From Felis catus (taxonomy: Eukaryota), in NCBI RefSeq assembly GCF_018350175.1, contig NC_058368.1, forward strand, positions 26,290,001 to 26,354,000: a DNA stretch of 64,000 bases. The letters are read 5' to 3'. The notes below the pieces were generated by a model. It had not been told where the DNA came from, ran no database searches, and saw only the letters and a list, made by a program, of their open reading frames with translations. The translations under genes were made by a program, and so were the position numbers. The first letter of the stretch is position 1, and each line of letters starts with the position of its first letter. Shown here piece after piece: positions 25,196-37,486 of the stretch.

Positions 25196-25401
25196 GCTAG
25201 TTACATTTTTGTTAAATGTATATAACTGTGCCTTCCATATGTTGTCTTTATTGAAATCAATTGTTCTCATTACATAGTATTTTCAGGACAAGTCTAGAGG
25301 TGTAGACTTTGTCCATTTCAGTCCTAAATAAATAACAAGAGAGAGGACAGTGCGTCCTAAATTCTAAATGGTAACAACTTAGGTAGGTGGGCTTTCCAAT
25401 G

Positions 25402-25481
25402 GTTTTAGTATCAAGAGAAATATGAAGGTAATCAAAACTTAGTTTTAGTATCAAGAGAAATATTAAGGTAATCAAAACTTA
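25402..25481. repeat. 40-bp tandem duplication (2 copies, 1 mismatch)
   Basis: GTTTTAGTATCAAGAGAAATAT(G/T)AAGGTAATCAAAACTTA x2. Confidence 0.95.
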
Positions 25482-26405
25482 AATTTTTAGGTAACTAATT
25501 GCTATAACCTTCTAACCTTATTTTTACCTTCTGAGATGATTCTGGCTTGATGACTCAGGGTCAGCATTGGGATGAGGAATTATCTCATATGATGGCTACT
25601 ATGTAATTTTTCTTATTAGGCTGAAGCTATCTCTTCCTGAGACTGCGTTCGGCTGGTAACATCTTGCTCTTTTAATTTAGTTACTTTTAATCTCTGAATC
25701 ATGTTTTAGGAATTGTATGATAGATAAGAGTCAGTAATTCTCTAGCAAGACCTAAGAAACAGTATATTTCTTTGGCATAGGGGGCTTTATGAACGTTTTT
25801 TTTAAACTGTTCAACTAGTCTTTGAGTTACTAGACTATGTACTGAAGGTTAGGGTTGCTGATTCTAGATACCTGGGTGTATTTTCCATTCATTTATGGTT
25901 CGTCTACTGGTGTTCCATTGCACTGCTTATGGAGCCATGTAGGGCAGAGCAAGAAGGCTTAATTTCTTTTTTTTTAAAGCTTTTATTTTAAATTCAGTAG
26001 TTAACATACAGTGTTATATTAGTTTCAGGGTACAAAATAGTAATTTAACACTTACATTTTATAATTACAATTTATACACCCAGTGCTTATCATGACAAGT
26101 GCACTCCTTAATCCCCATCACCTATTTCACTCATCCTCCCACCCACCTTCCCTCTGGTTAACCATCAGTTCTCTGTAGTTAAGGGTCTGTTTCTTGGTTT
26201 GCCTCTCTCTCTCTCTCTCTCTCTCTGTCTCTGTCTCTCTCTCTCTCTCTTTCCCTGTGCTTGTTTGTTTTGTTCTTAAATTCCACAAATGATGAAATTT
26301 ATATGAAATACTATATGTGTTTGTCTTTCTCTGACTGACTTGCTTCACTTAGCATAATACACTCTAGCTCCATCCATGTTGTTGCAAATATCAAGATTAT
26401 ATATA

Positions 26406-26610
26406 TTTTTTAAATGTTTATTTTTGAGACAGAGACAGAGCATGAGTGGGGGAGGGGCAGAGAGAGAGGGAGACACAGAATCCAAAGTAGGCTCCAGGCT
26501 CTGAGTTGTCAGCGCAGACAGACCCACTGTGGGTCTTGAACTCATTAACTGTGAGATCATGACCTGAGCCGAAGTCAGACGCCCAACCAACTGAGCCACC
26601 CAGGTGCCCC
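26406..26610 (-). mobile_element. CAN-SINE nested in L1
   Basis: Full antisense body; short TSD CAAGATT. Confidence 0.95.
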
Positions 26611-26648
26611 AAGATTCCATTTTTTTTTTTAATGGCTGAGTAATATTC

Positions 26649-26650
<2 letters not shown>

Positions 26651-26696
<46 letters not shown>
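26651..26696. repeat. (GT)n microsatellite
   Basis: About 23 units. Confidence 0.97.
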
Positions 26697-26700
<4 letters not shown>

Positions 26701-26887
26701 ATACGTACATACATACCACATCTTCTTTATCCATTCATCAATGGACACGTGGGCTATTTTCATAATTTGACTACTGTAGAAAGTGCTGCTATAAACATTG
26801 AGGTACATGTATCCCATTGAATTAGTATTTTTGTATCCTTTGGGTAAATACCTAGTAGTGCAATTGCTGGATCATAGGGTAGTTCTA

Positions 26888-27065
26888 TTTTTGTTTCTAA
26901 AGTTTATTTATTTATTTTGGGAGAGAGAAAGAGAGAGAACCCCAAGTAGTGTCTGTGCTGTCAGCGCAGAACCCAAAATAGGGCTCGATCTCTCAAATTG
27001 CGAGATTATGACCTGAGCTGAGATCAAGAATCAGACGCCTTACTGACTGAGCCACCCAGGCGTCC
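26888..27065 (-). mobile_element. CAN-SINE nested in L1
   Basis: Antisense body; TSD GGGTAGTTCTA. Confidence 0.93.
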
Positions 27066-28307
27066 TAGGGGGTAGTTCTAATTTTAAGCTTCTGAGGACC
27101 CTCCATACTGTTTTCCTGAGTGGCTGCCCCAGTTTGAGTTCCCACCAACAGTGCAAGAGGACTCCCCTTTCTCCACATCTTTGCCAACACCTGTTGTTTC
27201 ATGTATTGTTGATTTTAGCCATTCTGACAGGTGTGAGGTGGTATCTCATTGTGGTTTTGATTTGTGTTTCCCTGTTGATGAGTGATGCTGAGCATCTTTT
27301 CATGTGTCTGTTGGCCATCTGTATGTCTTCTTTGGAAAAATGTCTATTCATGTCCTCTGCTTATTTTTTAATTGGATTATTCATTTTTGGGGTGTTGAGT
27401 TTTATAAGTTCTTTATATATTTTGGATAGTAACCTTCTATCAGATATGTCACTTGCAAATTTCTTCTCCCATTCCTTAGGTTGCCTTTTAGTTTTGTTGA
27501 TTATTTCCTTTTATGTGCAGAAGCTTTTTATTCTGATGAAGTCCCAATGGTTTATTTTATTTTTGCTTTGGTTTCCCTTGCCTCAGGAGACGTATCCAGA
27601 AAGAGGTTATTGCCTATGATCTCTTCTAGGATTTTTATGGTTTTGGGTTTCACATTTAGGTCTTTAGTCCATTTTGAATTTATTTTTGTGTTCGGTGTAA
27701 GAAAGCAGTCCAGTTTCATTCTTTTGCATGTTGCTGTCCAAGTTTCCCAGCACCATTTGCTGAAGAGACTTTTCCCCAATGGATATTCTTTCCTGCTTTG
27801 TCGAAGATTAATTGACTATACACTTGTGGGTTCATTTCTGGGTTTTCTATTCCATCTCATTGATCTTTGTGACTGTTTTTGTGCCAGTACCATATTGTTT
27901 GGTCACTATAGTTTTGGGGCTTTAATCTTTGGTGTTGGAGGGCCTGACTGAAAATCTGTATACACACATAGCACATATTCATCGATCTTGTTGGTAGCTC
28001 ACTGCCTGAGTCCCTGCCTCGCGCTGTTTATAAAGATTATTAGTGTCCGTGCGTGCCTATTGGGCTCTCTTGCTGGGTGGTGTGCACAGCGGGAGGGACT
28101 AGGTACCGTGGTGGAGTGTGGGAAACAAACTAAGCATGAGTTTTCCATAAATGGTTCGATGCTAGCTTATGTTTTGGAATGTGTTATACATTGACCATCA
28201 TTGCCTTATATTAATTACATAAAGAATTGTTGTTAAAAATAAGAAGAAGTTAATACCCCATTATGTTACTTTTTTCAAAACTTGAGCAATCCTGTTTGTT
28301 TCTTGTA

Positions 28308-28530
28308 GAGGCAATAGAGCATGTACATTCTGACACCAGGCTGCCAGATTCCCAGCCTGACCCAAAGAGTTACTAACTTATGCCTCGAACTTGGGCATAT
28401 TACTTAGTCTTTCTGTGCGTGGGTTTTCCTGGTAATAAGTGATAAAGTAAAATTGTGGGGATTACATGAGATAATATATATGTAAACTTCTTAGAACAAT
28501 GTGTGTAGTTCGGTAGTGGTAATATTATTC
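28308..28530 (+). mobile_element. MIR relic
   Basis: CTTGGGCATATTACTTAGTC...GATTACATGAGATAATATATATGTAAA. Confidence 0.7.
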
Positions 28531-28785
28531 TTTATATATTTTTGTGCAGAAAACATTTGAAATGAAAGTAAATTTTAGTCTATCTTCAAACTTCTAACTT
28601 CTGGAATCTTCTGGCATCTCCAAAAGAATGTTGTGATTTAACTATTTAAGCATTAAGCAATTCAAAGTAGTTCAAAAAAGTTTTGTTCACAAGGAATCTG
28701 GTGAAATTATTTTACCTTTTACATAAGGACTTTACTTTAAAATAAGAAAATACTTGCAATTTTCTCCATGGTTTATTCTTTACTC

Positions 28786-29023
28786 TTTTAATTTTTTTTT
28801 TTTTAATGTTTATTTTTCAGAGAGACAAGAGACAGAGACAGTGTAAGCGGGGGAGGGGCAGAGAGCAAGGGAGACCGAGGATCCAAAGCTGGCTCGGTGC
28901 TGATAGCAGTGAGAGTGATGTGGGGCTTGAACTCATGAGCCTGTGGGGTCAAACTCATGAACCGGGAGATAATGACCTGAGCCAAAGTCAGACACTTAAC
29001 CAACTGAGCCACCCAAGTGCCCC
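28786..29023 (-). mobile_element. CAN-SINE with internal duplication of the B-box region
   Basis: Antisense body; AACTCATGA segment present twice (~28920-28962). Confidence 0.93.
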
Positions 29024-29254
29024 TCCTTTCTCTCTTTTAAACACATCTGACTTACAGGCAGTGTGTCAGGCCCTGGGGATAGGAGAGTAAGAAAAAAGCA
29101 CACGTGGAATAAGGGAGTCAGGCTGTCTTACCTTTAATCACACAGGTAATTAAATTATATGAAGCAGTAGTCTTTAGATCTATGAGAGTGTTTGACAGGG
29201 AGAACTCACTGGGTCTAAAGGTTGAGGAAAGGCTCCCTTTAAGAAGGAACTTAC

Positions 29255-29471
29255 GGGGCGCCTGGGTGGCTCAGTCAGTTAAGCGTCCGACTTCAGCTCA
29301 GGTCATGATCTCGCAGTCCGTGAGTTTGAGCCCCGCGTCGGGCTCTGGGCTGATGGCTCAGAGCCTGGAACCTGCTTCAGATTCTGTCTCCCTCTCTCTC
29401 TGCCCCTCCCCCATTCATGCTCTGTCTCTCTCTGTCTCAAAAATAAATAAACGTTAAAAAAAATTAAAAAA
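29255..29471 (+). mobile_element. SINEC_Fc
   Basis: Perfect TSD AAGAAGGAACTTAC at 29241-29254 and 29472-29485. Confidence 0.98.
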
Positions 29472-29616
29472 AAGAAGGAACTTACATTGAGATCCAAAGA
29501 ATGATCAATGGCATTAACTGGAAAAGGCGTGGACATGACAGGGTGCGCATTGCTAACAGAGACAGAAAGGAGCCATTATTATATATGGAGAATGTGTATT
29601 TAAAAAAAATAATTCT

Positions 29617-29813
29617 GGGACGCCTGGGTGGCTCAGTCGGTTAAGCATCCAACTCTTGATTTCGGGTCAGGTCATGATCTCCCACATCGTGAGATCGAAC
29701 CTTGCATTGGGCTCTGTGCTGACAGTGCAGAGCCTGCTTGGGATTCTCTCTCCTTCTCTCTCTGCCTCTTCCCCACTCTCTCTCTCAAAATAAATAAATA
29801 AACTTAAAAAAAA
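29617..29813 (+). mobile_element. CAN-SINE (older subfamily)
   Basis: GGGACGCCTGGGTGGCTCAGTCGG head, AATAAA tail. Confidence 0.95.
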
Positions 29814-30419
29814 TTCTTATTTTTTGCAGTGGTAATATCTTCCTGTTAAATATATTATTTAAACATAAATCCTAATTACTAAATATAGAGAAATCATAAA
29901 ATCATAAAATTTGACTCAAAATTAACTATGATTTTAAAAATAAAGATTGACTTCAAGTGTAAGATATTTATTTTTGATAATCCAAGGGTCAGATCATGCA
30001 GTCTATGAATAATCCTCACCATTTTTTTAAAAATAGAGCACATTATTTCTGTTTTTGTATATTGGCACCACTTATTAGATGATAATCAACAAAAGGAAGA
30101 GAACTATTTTATTTTTCTAAGTGTACTGCAAACCACAAGTATTTTTTATTTTTTGACTGATTTAGAATGAACTACTCTTGTCATAATTCTGATGTATTTT
30201 TTTCTTGGAAATAACTTACATGAGTTCTACAGTTTATCTATAGTTACAGCACAATGTTAAATAGACTTTTAGTAAAAATACCTGATATACATATGCTGTC
30301 AACAATCACATTTCAATTTATTTATTTATTTTTTTAGCAACTACATGTCCCTTATGACTTAAACATTATTTGTTTAGAATATTAGTTTTAATGACTGCAT
30401 AATCTGACTGTGGCAGTGG

Positions 30420-31350
30420 CCTCCACCTGCTAGTGTGGGGTAACTGTCCCTCTCCTAAGTATTTTTGGGGGAGTCCAAAAGACTGTCTCACATGGGTTCA
30501 CGCAGCTATCTGGTGTCAAACACATGGTATCGTTACAATTTTCTTCTCTTCTGGCCACCCGCTAAGGTTCTGTCGCGGTCACTGGGCGGCGCCACTTTGG
30601 GCGGATTGTGTTGTGGATCCTGCTCGGAGCCACTGCAGGGGCAGCTGGACTGGGTCACTGCATGACGAGTAGGGCTCGCAGGTGAAGCTGTCAACTCTGC
30701 AGATCTTGTTTGTGAGAAGACTTTTCACTGTTGCTCTAATTTTATTTCATGACAACATAGGACTATTAGAGTTCATAGGTCTTCATCAGACTATTTCAGT
30801 AGATTGTATTTTTCTAACAGTTTGTTCTTTTAATCTGTATCTTTTAAATTATGGTTATATGCCTTTTTCGTTCCTAATATTGCTTCTCTCTGCCTTCCCT
30901 CTTTACCATCCTGGAGGTTTCACGGTTTATTTTTATAGTCTTTTCCACAGAGCCGATATTTGGCCTCGGTCTTACATGGGTGTTTCCTGTTTTAATAGCT
31001 TTTGCTGTTACTTTTATTATCTCTTTTCCTGTATTTTGGCTTACTTTGCTGGGGATCCCCCCACCCACAGTTTTCTTGATAAAGCCTTATCTCACTATTC
31101 TTTAGCCTTTATTCTAATGCTCAAGATTGTACATTTTCCCTACGTGTTCCTTTAGTTGCATCCTGAAGTTTTGATATATACTGTATTTGTTATTGTTCAT
31201 TTTAATCTCATGATTAGAAAAGATGTCTGTGTGATGTTGACTCCTTTGTATCATATTTTTCTATTACACATTTTCCTTTATTTTCTAAAGTTTAAGCTGT
31301 CTTTAAAAAGATCAAACTGGCCCATTTACTTGCATACATTTTCTGTTTCA
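30420..31350 (-). mobile_element. Highly diverged L1 ORF2 fragment (region between endonuclease and RT)
   Basis: Minus peptides TGKEIIKVTAKAIKTGN...VEKTIKINRETSRMVKREGREKQY, NIRNEKG and NKIRATVKSLLTNKICRVDSFTCE align with L1 ORF2 RRKEIIKIRAEINE...FEKINKIDKPLARLIKKKREKTQ and [23 protein letters not shown]. Confidence 0.75.
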
Positions 31351-31390
31351 TGAAATTTATATCATTTTGCTTTTATTATTGCCATTTACC

Positions 31391-31617
31391 TTTTAAAAAT
31401 TTATTTAATGTTTATTTATTGTGAAAGAGAGAGTGAGCAAGTTGGGGGAGGGGCAGAGAGAGAGAGAGAGAGGGAGGGAGAGAGAGAAAGAATCCAAAGC
31501 AGGCACTCACTGTCAGCACAGAGCCCCACATGGGGATCGATCCCATGAACCATCGGATCATGACCTGAGCTGAAGTCAAGAGTCAGACACTTAATCACCC
31601 GAGCCACCCAGGCACCC
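31391..31617 (-). mobile_element. CAN-SINE
   Basis: Antisense head GAGCCACCCAGGCACCC, GA-rich block. Confidence 0.95.
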
Positions 31618-33329
31618 TTGATGTCAGTTCCCTCTACTTTGATTTTATCAGTCTTTCTCTACCTTCTGCAGCAGCATTGCAGGCTGTTCAGGAGAAAAAC
31701 AAATGAACAACTGTGTGTTTCCCACCCTGTCCCCACCTCTGCTCCAGTAAAATGGTATTTTTATGGGACACAAATATCCTTGACACAAATTGCAGGAAGT
31801 ACTGCGAGGCCTCTTGGGAAGAGGAAAGCTGTCTGACAACTCCCGTTTCTCTCTGAGTCCTTGCTATCTGCTGGTTTCAGTTTTGCTTTGCTTGTCTGCT
31901 TGATCTTCCCTCCCTCCTTCCCCCCTCCTCTCTTCCTTGTTTCCTATCTTCATTCCTTCCTTTACCCTTTCTCTTCCTCAAGTCTTCTTCCTTCCATTCC
32001 CGAATCCTCATTATTGTTTTTTTTTTTTCTCCCCATACAAACATTTTCAAAAGCTGAAAAATCCCCTCCTAGATTCTTCTGCCTTTTTGGATCAAGGAGA
32101 AATGATCAATAGAGGCCGTGTGCTATTGACTTGTTACAGGCTAAGAAAACCTGAAGAAAATCTCCTAAGTCCTTTTAAATCTCAGAAACCTGGCAAATCA
32201 CTATATGCATAGTATTTTTGTTCTCTCTGAAGCAGTGAATCACTATAAATGAATGGGGCCACTGCCCCTTTAAGTAGAAACTGCCTTGAGGGGCCCTGGA
32301 ACTTTGGGACTCCTTCCTGTTGTGCTGGGGCCACAGGAGTGTCGGTTGGCCCCTGGAGAGCCACCATGGTGTGCCCACCTTGAAACTCACTCTGTAGCCT
32401 AGTGCTAGACCTGCTGTGAGTAGTAGTTGTGGAAGGAGTTGCCCCCCCGTGGTCCTCCGCAGGCTGTATTACCTTGAAAGGTGGTTGGCTCCTCAGTACC
32501 CATCCTGGAGGGTGAAATTAGGCTCAGTTCAGTCATTTGGGTCCCCACCCCCACTTGAGACATTTTAAAAGCTATTTTTAAAAACCACTTGGAAGATTAT
32601 TTGGGGATTATGAAGGGAGGAATTTTTTGCCTTCAGGTGCAAACAGAGACGAATTGTACGGAGTCCTGTTTTAGTTTATGACTTTTAAAAATTTAGTTGG
32701 GTAACAACTTTTTAATTTGTTTCATTCTCTGAGTGAAGCCATTACGAGTTGACTTAAAACTGTAGATGATTTAGAATTTTATAGTGAGTTTTTCTGTCAG
32801 AAAATATTAACCTTCATTGATCTATGCTTGAAAAATGCCAGCCATCCTTCAGGATGTTTTCAAAATAGAGGTCTTTAAATGTGTGTGTAAAGCTGCCCTT
32901 GCAATGGTTCTTTTGAAATGAATTTTTGTGAGTGTTTTTTAGAGCTGGCAAGTTCTGACTTCCTGTTTTAGTGTGTATTTAGATGTATACACACACATAT
33001 GTGTATATATTCATAAGTATATCTATATCCCGTATGTGTATACTGTTTTTATCTACTGTTTCTGTAGCTGAAATAAACTGACTTGAATCTGGTGAAAGTA
33101 CCCATCCACTTGCACAGTTCTACGTAAATGTAAGATACTTGAGAGTAGTTGGTATTAATTTTTTCAGTTAAGAATTAATGTAGAATTACACTTTAAAAAC
33201 CATTTAAATTTCAAAATAAGCTGTTAACTGGCTTAAAATTAGAGAAAATACTTCTAGGAATTTTGCAGTTAGCTTACCATCAAAAGACATAGATTATATA
33301 GTTAGTTTTATTTAAAGGGAGGTGAATCA

Positions 33330-33549
33330 GGGGCACCTGGGTGGCTCAGTCGGTTGAGCGGCGACTTCGGCTCAGGTCATGATCTCATGGTCCGTGAGTT
33401 CGAGCCCCGCGTTGGGCTCTGTGCTGACAGCTCAGAGCCTGGAGCCTGTTTCAGATTCTGTGTCTCCCTCTCTCTCTGACCCTCCCCCGTTCATGCTCTG
33501 TCTCTCTCTGTCTCAAAAATAAATAAACGTTAAAAAAATTAAAAAAAAA
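33330..33549 (+). mobile_element. SINEC_Fc
   Basis: Perfect TSD TAAAGGGAGGTGAATCA at 33313-33329 and 33550-33566. Confidence 0.98.
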
Positions 33550-33983
33550 TAAAGGGAGGTGAATCAAAAGGATAATGGACAAATAAACTTTTAAGTCTTG
33601 TGATTAAATCTGTAGATTCATGAATACTAACAGTTCGAAGAAAGGATATTGATTTTAGAGCTGAAATTGCAAATGGGAAGTTTTCTGCTTAGCATAAATG
33701 AAAATTCTTGAATCTTAAAGGAGAAATAAGCTTTTTTCCTAAATTAACCCTTGCATGGGATGGCAAATGTATCTAATTATTTTTAGTAAAAAATTGATTC
33801 ACTTATTAATTCTAATTTATTTTGATTAATGGGTTCCTGAAACGTTTGTAAACTTTCTAACAAAGTCATCACATTACTTTAGAGCACTAAGTGGGCTAAG
33901 AGATCATTTAATATCTGATTACTAATGGTCAAATAATATTTGTTTTTATAATAGTACAGATGCAGATGGAAAGATTGTTGTTG

Positions 33984-34188
33984 TTTTTTAAATTTTTTTA
34001 AAGTTTATTTACTCAGAGAGAAAGAGAATGCACACAAGCAGGGGAGAGGCAGAGAGAGAGGGAGAGAGAATCCAAGCAGGCTCTGCACTGTCTGTGCAAA
34101 GCCCCATGTGGGGCTTGAACTAACACACCATGAGATCGTGACCTGAGCCAAAGTCAGATGCTTAACCGACTGGTCCACCCAGGCGCCC
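33984..34188 (-). mobile_element. CAN-SINE
   Basis: Antisense body ending CCACCCAGGCGCCC. Confidence 0.95.
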
Positions 34189-34504
34189 TGGAAAAAGTGT
34201 TTTTTAAAAAAGAAAACATTGAAAGAATTTAGACTTTAGTTGTCGACAAATAGACAGTGGGAGGTTATTGTTTAAGATGTAATGTTTTTATAGCTGGCTT
34301 GTGATGATTTTAAAAAGACACTTCTGTGAAACCAAACAGAACTTATGATTCACGAATAAATATCCCACTGAAATTAATGGTTAGTTGAAATTATTTTGGC
34401 TCTAAAGGATACACTTCACCTCAGTTACAGCATTATGTAATCTTGTTTGCCTACCTTTTTTGTGATATTAACTGCCTTCCTTATGATTGGCTTTAAAAGT
34501 AACT

Positions 34505-34665
34505 TAATACTGTGTAAGTGCTCTTACATGTATTGTCTCATTTGGATCCTCGGCATGACTTGTGAGGGAGGTAAGGCAAGTATTTTTATCCTTATTTTAC
34601 AAGTGAAGAAATTGGAGTCAAGAGGTAGCTGCTTAAGGGGAATAGGTCTCAGTCTTTTAGCTCCT
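34505..34665 (-). mobile_element. MIR relic
   Basis: GTATTTTTATCCTTATTTTACAAGTGAAGAAATTGGAG, antisense core. Confidence 0.75.
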
Positions 34666-35591
34666 GAGTTTATACTTTTTTATATATGTTTAGTACATGT
34701 AAAGTATGCTCAATAAATACTTGTTGGATGAATTAGCATAAAGAGTTTTCATCATAAAAGCAATAGCTACTCATTAAAGATTTAACTAGAAATCTTTTTT
34801 TTTTTTAAACTGGAAATCTTTTTAATAAGCTGCTATCATATTTTATTGGCAATTTAAAATCTGATCATAGACTTGGTCTGAGGCAAGAAGGTTTTCTAAA
34901 GAAGTTTATGTCCAATTTTAGGGACGTGTAGGGAGAAAATTAAGAAAAGCTGTTTATTTTATCAAGAAAGCTAAAAGGGGAAAAGGAGTAAAGGAAGGGC
35001 CGTGATAGAACTTTAAAAGGGGGCGCTTTTGTCAAAACAATGGAATTTAAAGCAAATGGACTTGCAAATATTTGTTTCTTGAATTTTCTTTAATCTATCT
35101 TTCTGAGTTTACTTACAGAATTTATAGGTAATACTGATATCTTTGTTTCTCCTGTAGCCATTTGGTGGATTATTCGGACTTGTGGACAGAAAAGATAAAA
35201 CATGGTGGAAATATTTATTTGCTTAATATTTGATAGTTTCACTATCCTTGATAAAACTTGCTGTTTTTTAACTTCTTTTATTAATGCTAATTTCAGCTCT
35301 AGTATTACAAGACTTTGTACTACAAACACTTAGCAAAGCTGCCTAGTTTAATGTGGAGCTTATTTGGAGAATGATTTTGAACATGGAAGGAAGGGGCAAA
35401 AATAGACAACCTCAAAACAAAGTTAGCTGCCTTTGTTCCCAAATTCTATTATACTTTCTACATACTTATCTTGAAATACTTAGCAGTAGACCATCTCTTT
35501 GTGTCTCTCTTACTAAAATGCAGATTTTTTGAGGGTATAGATTATGACTTTATGTTTTTTTGTCAGGTAAGAATGAAACCAGGTATTTTTT

Positions 35592-35800
35592 TTTTTTCAA
35601 CGTTTATTTATTTTTGGGACAGAGAGAGACAGAGCATGAACGGGGGAGGGGCAGAGAGAGAGGGAGACACAGAATCGGAAACAGGCTCCAGGCTCTGAGC
35701 CATCAGCCCAGAGCCTGACGTGGGGCTCGAACTCACGGACCGCGAGATCGTGACCTGGCTGAGGTCGGACGCTCAACCGACTGCGCCACCCAGGCGCCCC
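35592..35800 (-). mobile_element. Young SINEC_Fc
   Basis: Perfect TSD GAAACCAGGTATTTTTT at 35575-35591 and 35801-35817. Confidence 0.98.
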
Positions 35801-36189
35801 GAAACCAGGTATTTTTTGAATGGATGAGAAGAGAAAAATCAGATATGCCAGTGATTATGAGTATCTGAGAGGTTAATACCAGCATGCACGGTAGAAAAAA
35901 AATCCTGCTTTATATGAAAAAAGAGGAGGTCGTGAGATAAAAGAGATGACCGGCATCTGTCAAAGAAGTGAATTCAAATGATGCTGTATGCAGATCACAA
36001 AAATGGCGGTAGTTGCCCTTGGCTCTTCCCTGAAAGTTTCAACGGTATAAATGCTGTCTGGAGTCATCGTTAACAGAAAAAAAATTAGCCAAAAGATCTG
36101 ATTATCTTTTCAGAAACATTTTAGCAGATATTCTATTTTTATCTATATAAATGTCTATTCTGTTGGATATGGTGGTGGGGAACTGAGGC

Positions 36190-36370
36190 AGGCAGGCCCT
36201 GCCACTCATGGCAGGTTATATGTCCTCTAAGCCTCTTACCTTATTGGTAAGCTGGGGATAATAATAGTACTTCCTTCACAAGGTTAACATGAGGATTGTT
36301 AAATAGGATAGATCAGGTAAAGTACATAGCACACAATTACAGGAAGCTGTCAGTGAAATGTTAGTTACTA
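36190..36370 (+). mobile_element. MIR relic
   Basis: GGGGATAATAATAGTACTTCCTTCACAAGGTT...GAGGATT. Confidence 0.75.
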
Positions 36371-37137
36371 CAATAAGCAACACTCAACAGTTTTTGAGCT
36401 ACATAAATAGAATTTCATCTGATTCAACCTAATATTCCTGTCATGTTTTTCTGTAATTTGTGTTCAGATTTTCACAGAATAACCTTCCAACCCTTTATAT
36501 ATCAAAAGAGACTAGTTTTCACTTAATAGTTTTCTGAAAGGAATGAATTATTTTAGATGGTGCTCTGAAAATGTCAGTGGTCCCACATTTTTATCCACTA
36601 TTTTAAAACTAACCTTATTTATGTCAACATGATGTTAAGAAACTTAATTCTTTATTTGCACTCATTGAGGAGTCTCAACAATGTAAGAATTATATATGTA
36701 GTAAAGGTACTGGAGAAATTTACTACATATATTCTGACTTCATAGTTTAAAGTTGATCAAACAATGCTGTGTCCGTGGCGGTAAAAATTTTGCAGTTCCA
36801 TCTATATAACATGATGGTTTTTTAACTACCAAAAAAGAAAAGCATGATCCATAATTGCTACAAAATATTTGCTGAGAATTCTAAGTGTTCACGATTACAT
36901 TTCTACTTCTTATACATACTTGAAAAGAGAATTTAGTTTTGACCTTAGAAACAATTTCTTTAAGTCAAACATTGACAATTTAATAGATTTCAATATATTT
37001 CAGGCAACATTAAATCAATATTTAAGATTTTAAAATAATTGTTATGTTATTTTGATTAACGTTTTTTGAAATAAGCACATTAAAAAAAAATCAAAATTTG
37101 TTTTCAAGTACGAAGTGGTGAAGTGATTTTGAATGGG

Positions 37138-37154
37138 TACCACAAGGTGGCAGG
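37138..37154 (+). promoter_or_regulatory. Candidate CTCF site
   Basis: TACCACAAGGTGGCAGG resembles the core CCACCAGGTGGCAG. Confidence 0.4.
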
Positions 37155-37478
37155 ATTGTATTTTTGTAGATTCTTTTTGCTTTGATGTACTGCAAACCCT
37201 TGGTTATCTAACATCAGAAGTTTTCCATGTGACTAACTAGTAAGCATTTTATATACCAAAACTTTTAAACTTTAACTTTTCTGGTGGAAAACTTTCTAAA
37301 CTACATTCCATGCTTTCCTCAATTCGTAAGCAAAGAATAAAACGTAGCCTTTATCAGTGAGCCATTTGAATTCCAGTTATTGGATGGTGTTAAGATGAGG
37401 TGATAGCTAAAGGTGGTGTGGAGGAGATGCGGACTGGTCCCAGCAGAGACTGGATTTTGTGCTCTGAAAAGCTGTGCC

Positions 37479-37486
37479 TGACGTCA
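37479..37486. promoter_or_regulatory. Full palindromic CRE (CREB/ATF) motif
   Basis: cTGACGTCAg with intact CpG in repeat-free DNA. Confidence 0.4.

Larger units (their letters stand above)
25965..27915 (-). mobile_element. Carnivore/felid LINE-1, 5'-truncated, with two nested SINEs
   Basis: Minus ORF2 peptide [23 protein letters not shown]...[24 protein letters not shown]1_Carn-type 3' UTR and T tail at 25965. Confidence 0.95.

Noticed and set aside
27134..27951. Long ORFs (161 and 156 aa), hydrophobic
   Set aside because: Antisense frames of L1 ORF2; the T-rich strand yields spurious hydrophobic ORFs
30315..30720. Possible processed pseudogene on minus ending in an A-rich tail at ~30320
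   Set aside because: The upstream part translates as L1 ORF2; no cellular protein similarity or TSD seen
30682..31155. 157-aa hydrophobic, membrane-protein-like ORF
   Set aside because: Antisense to a decayed L1 ORF2 fragment
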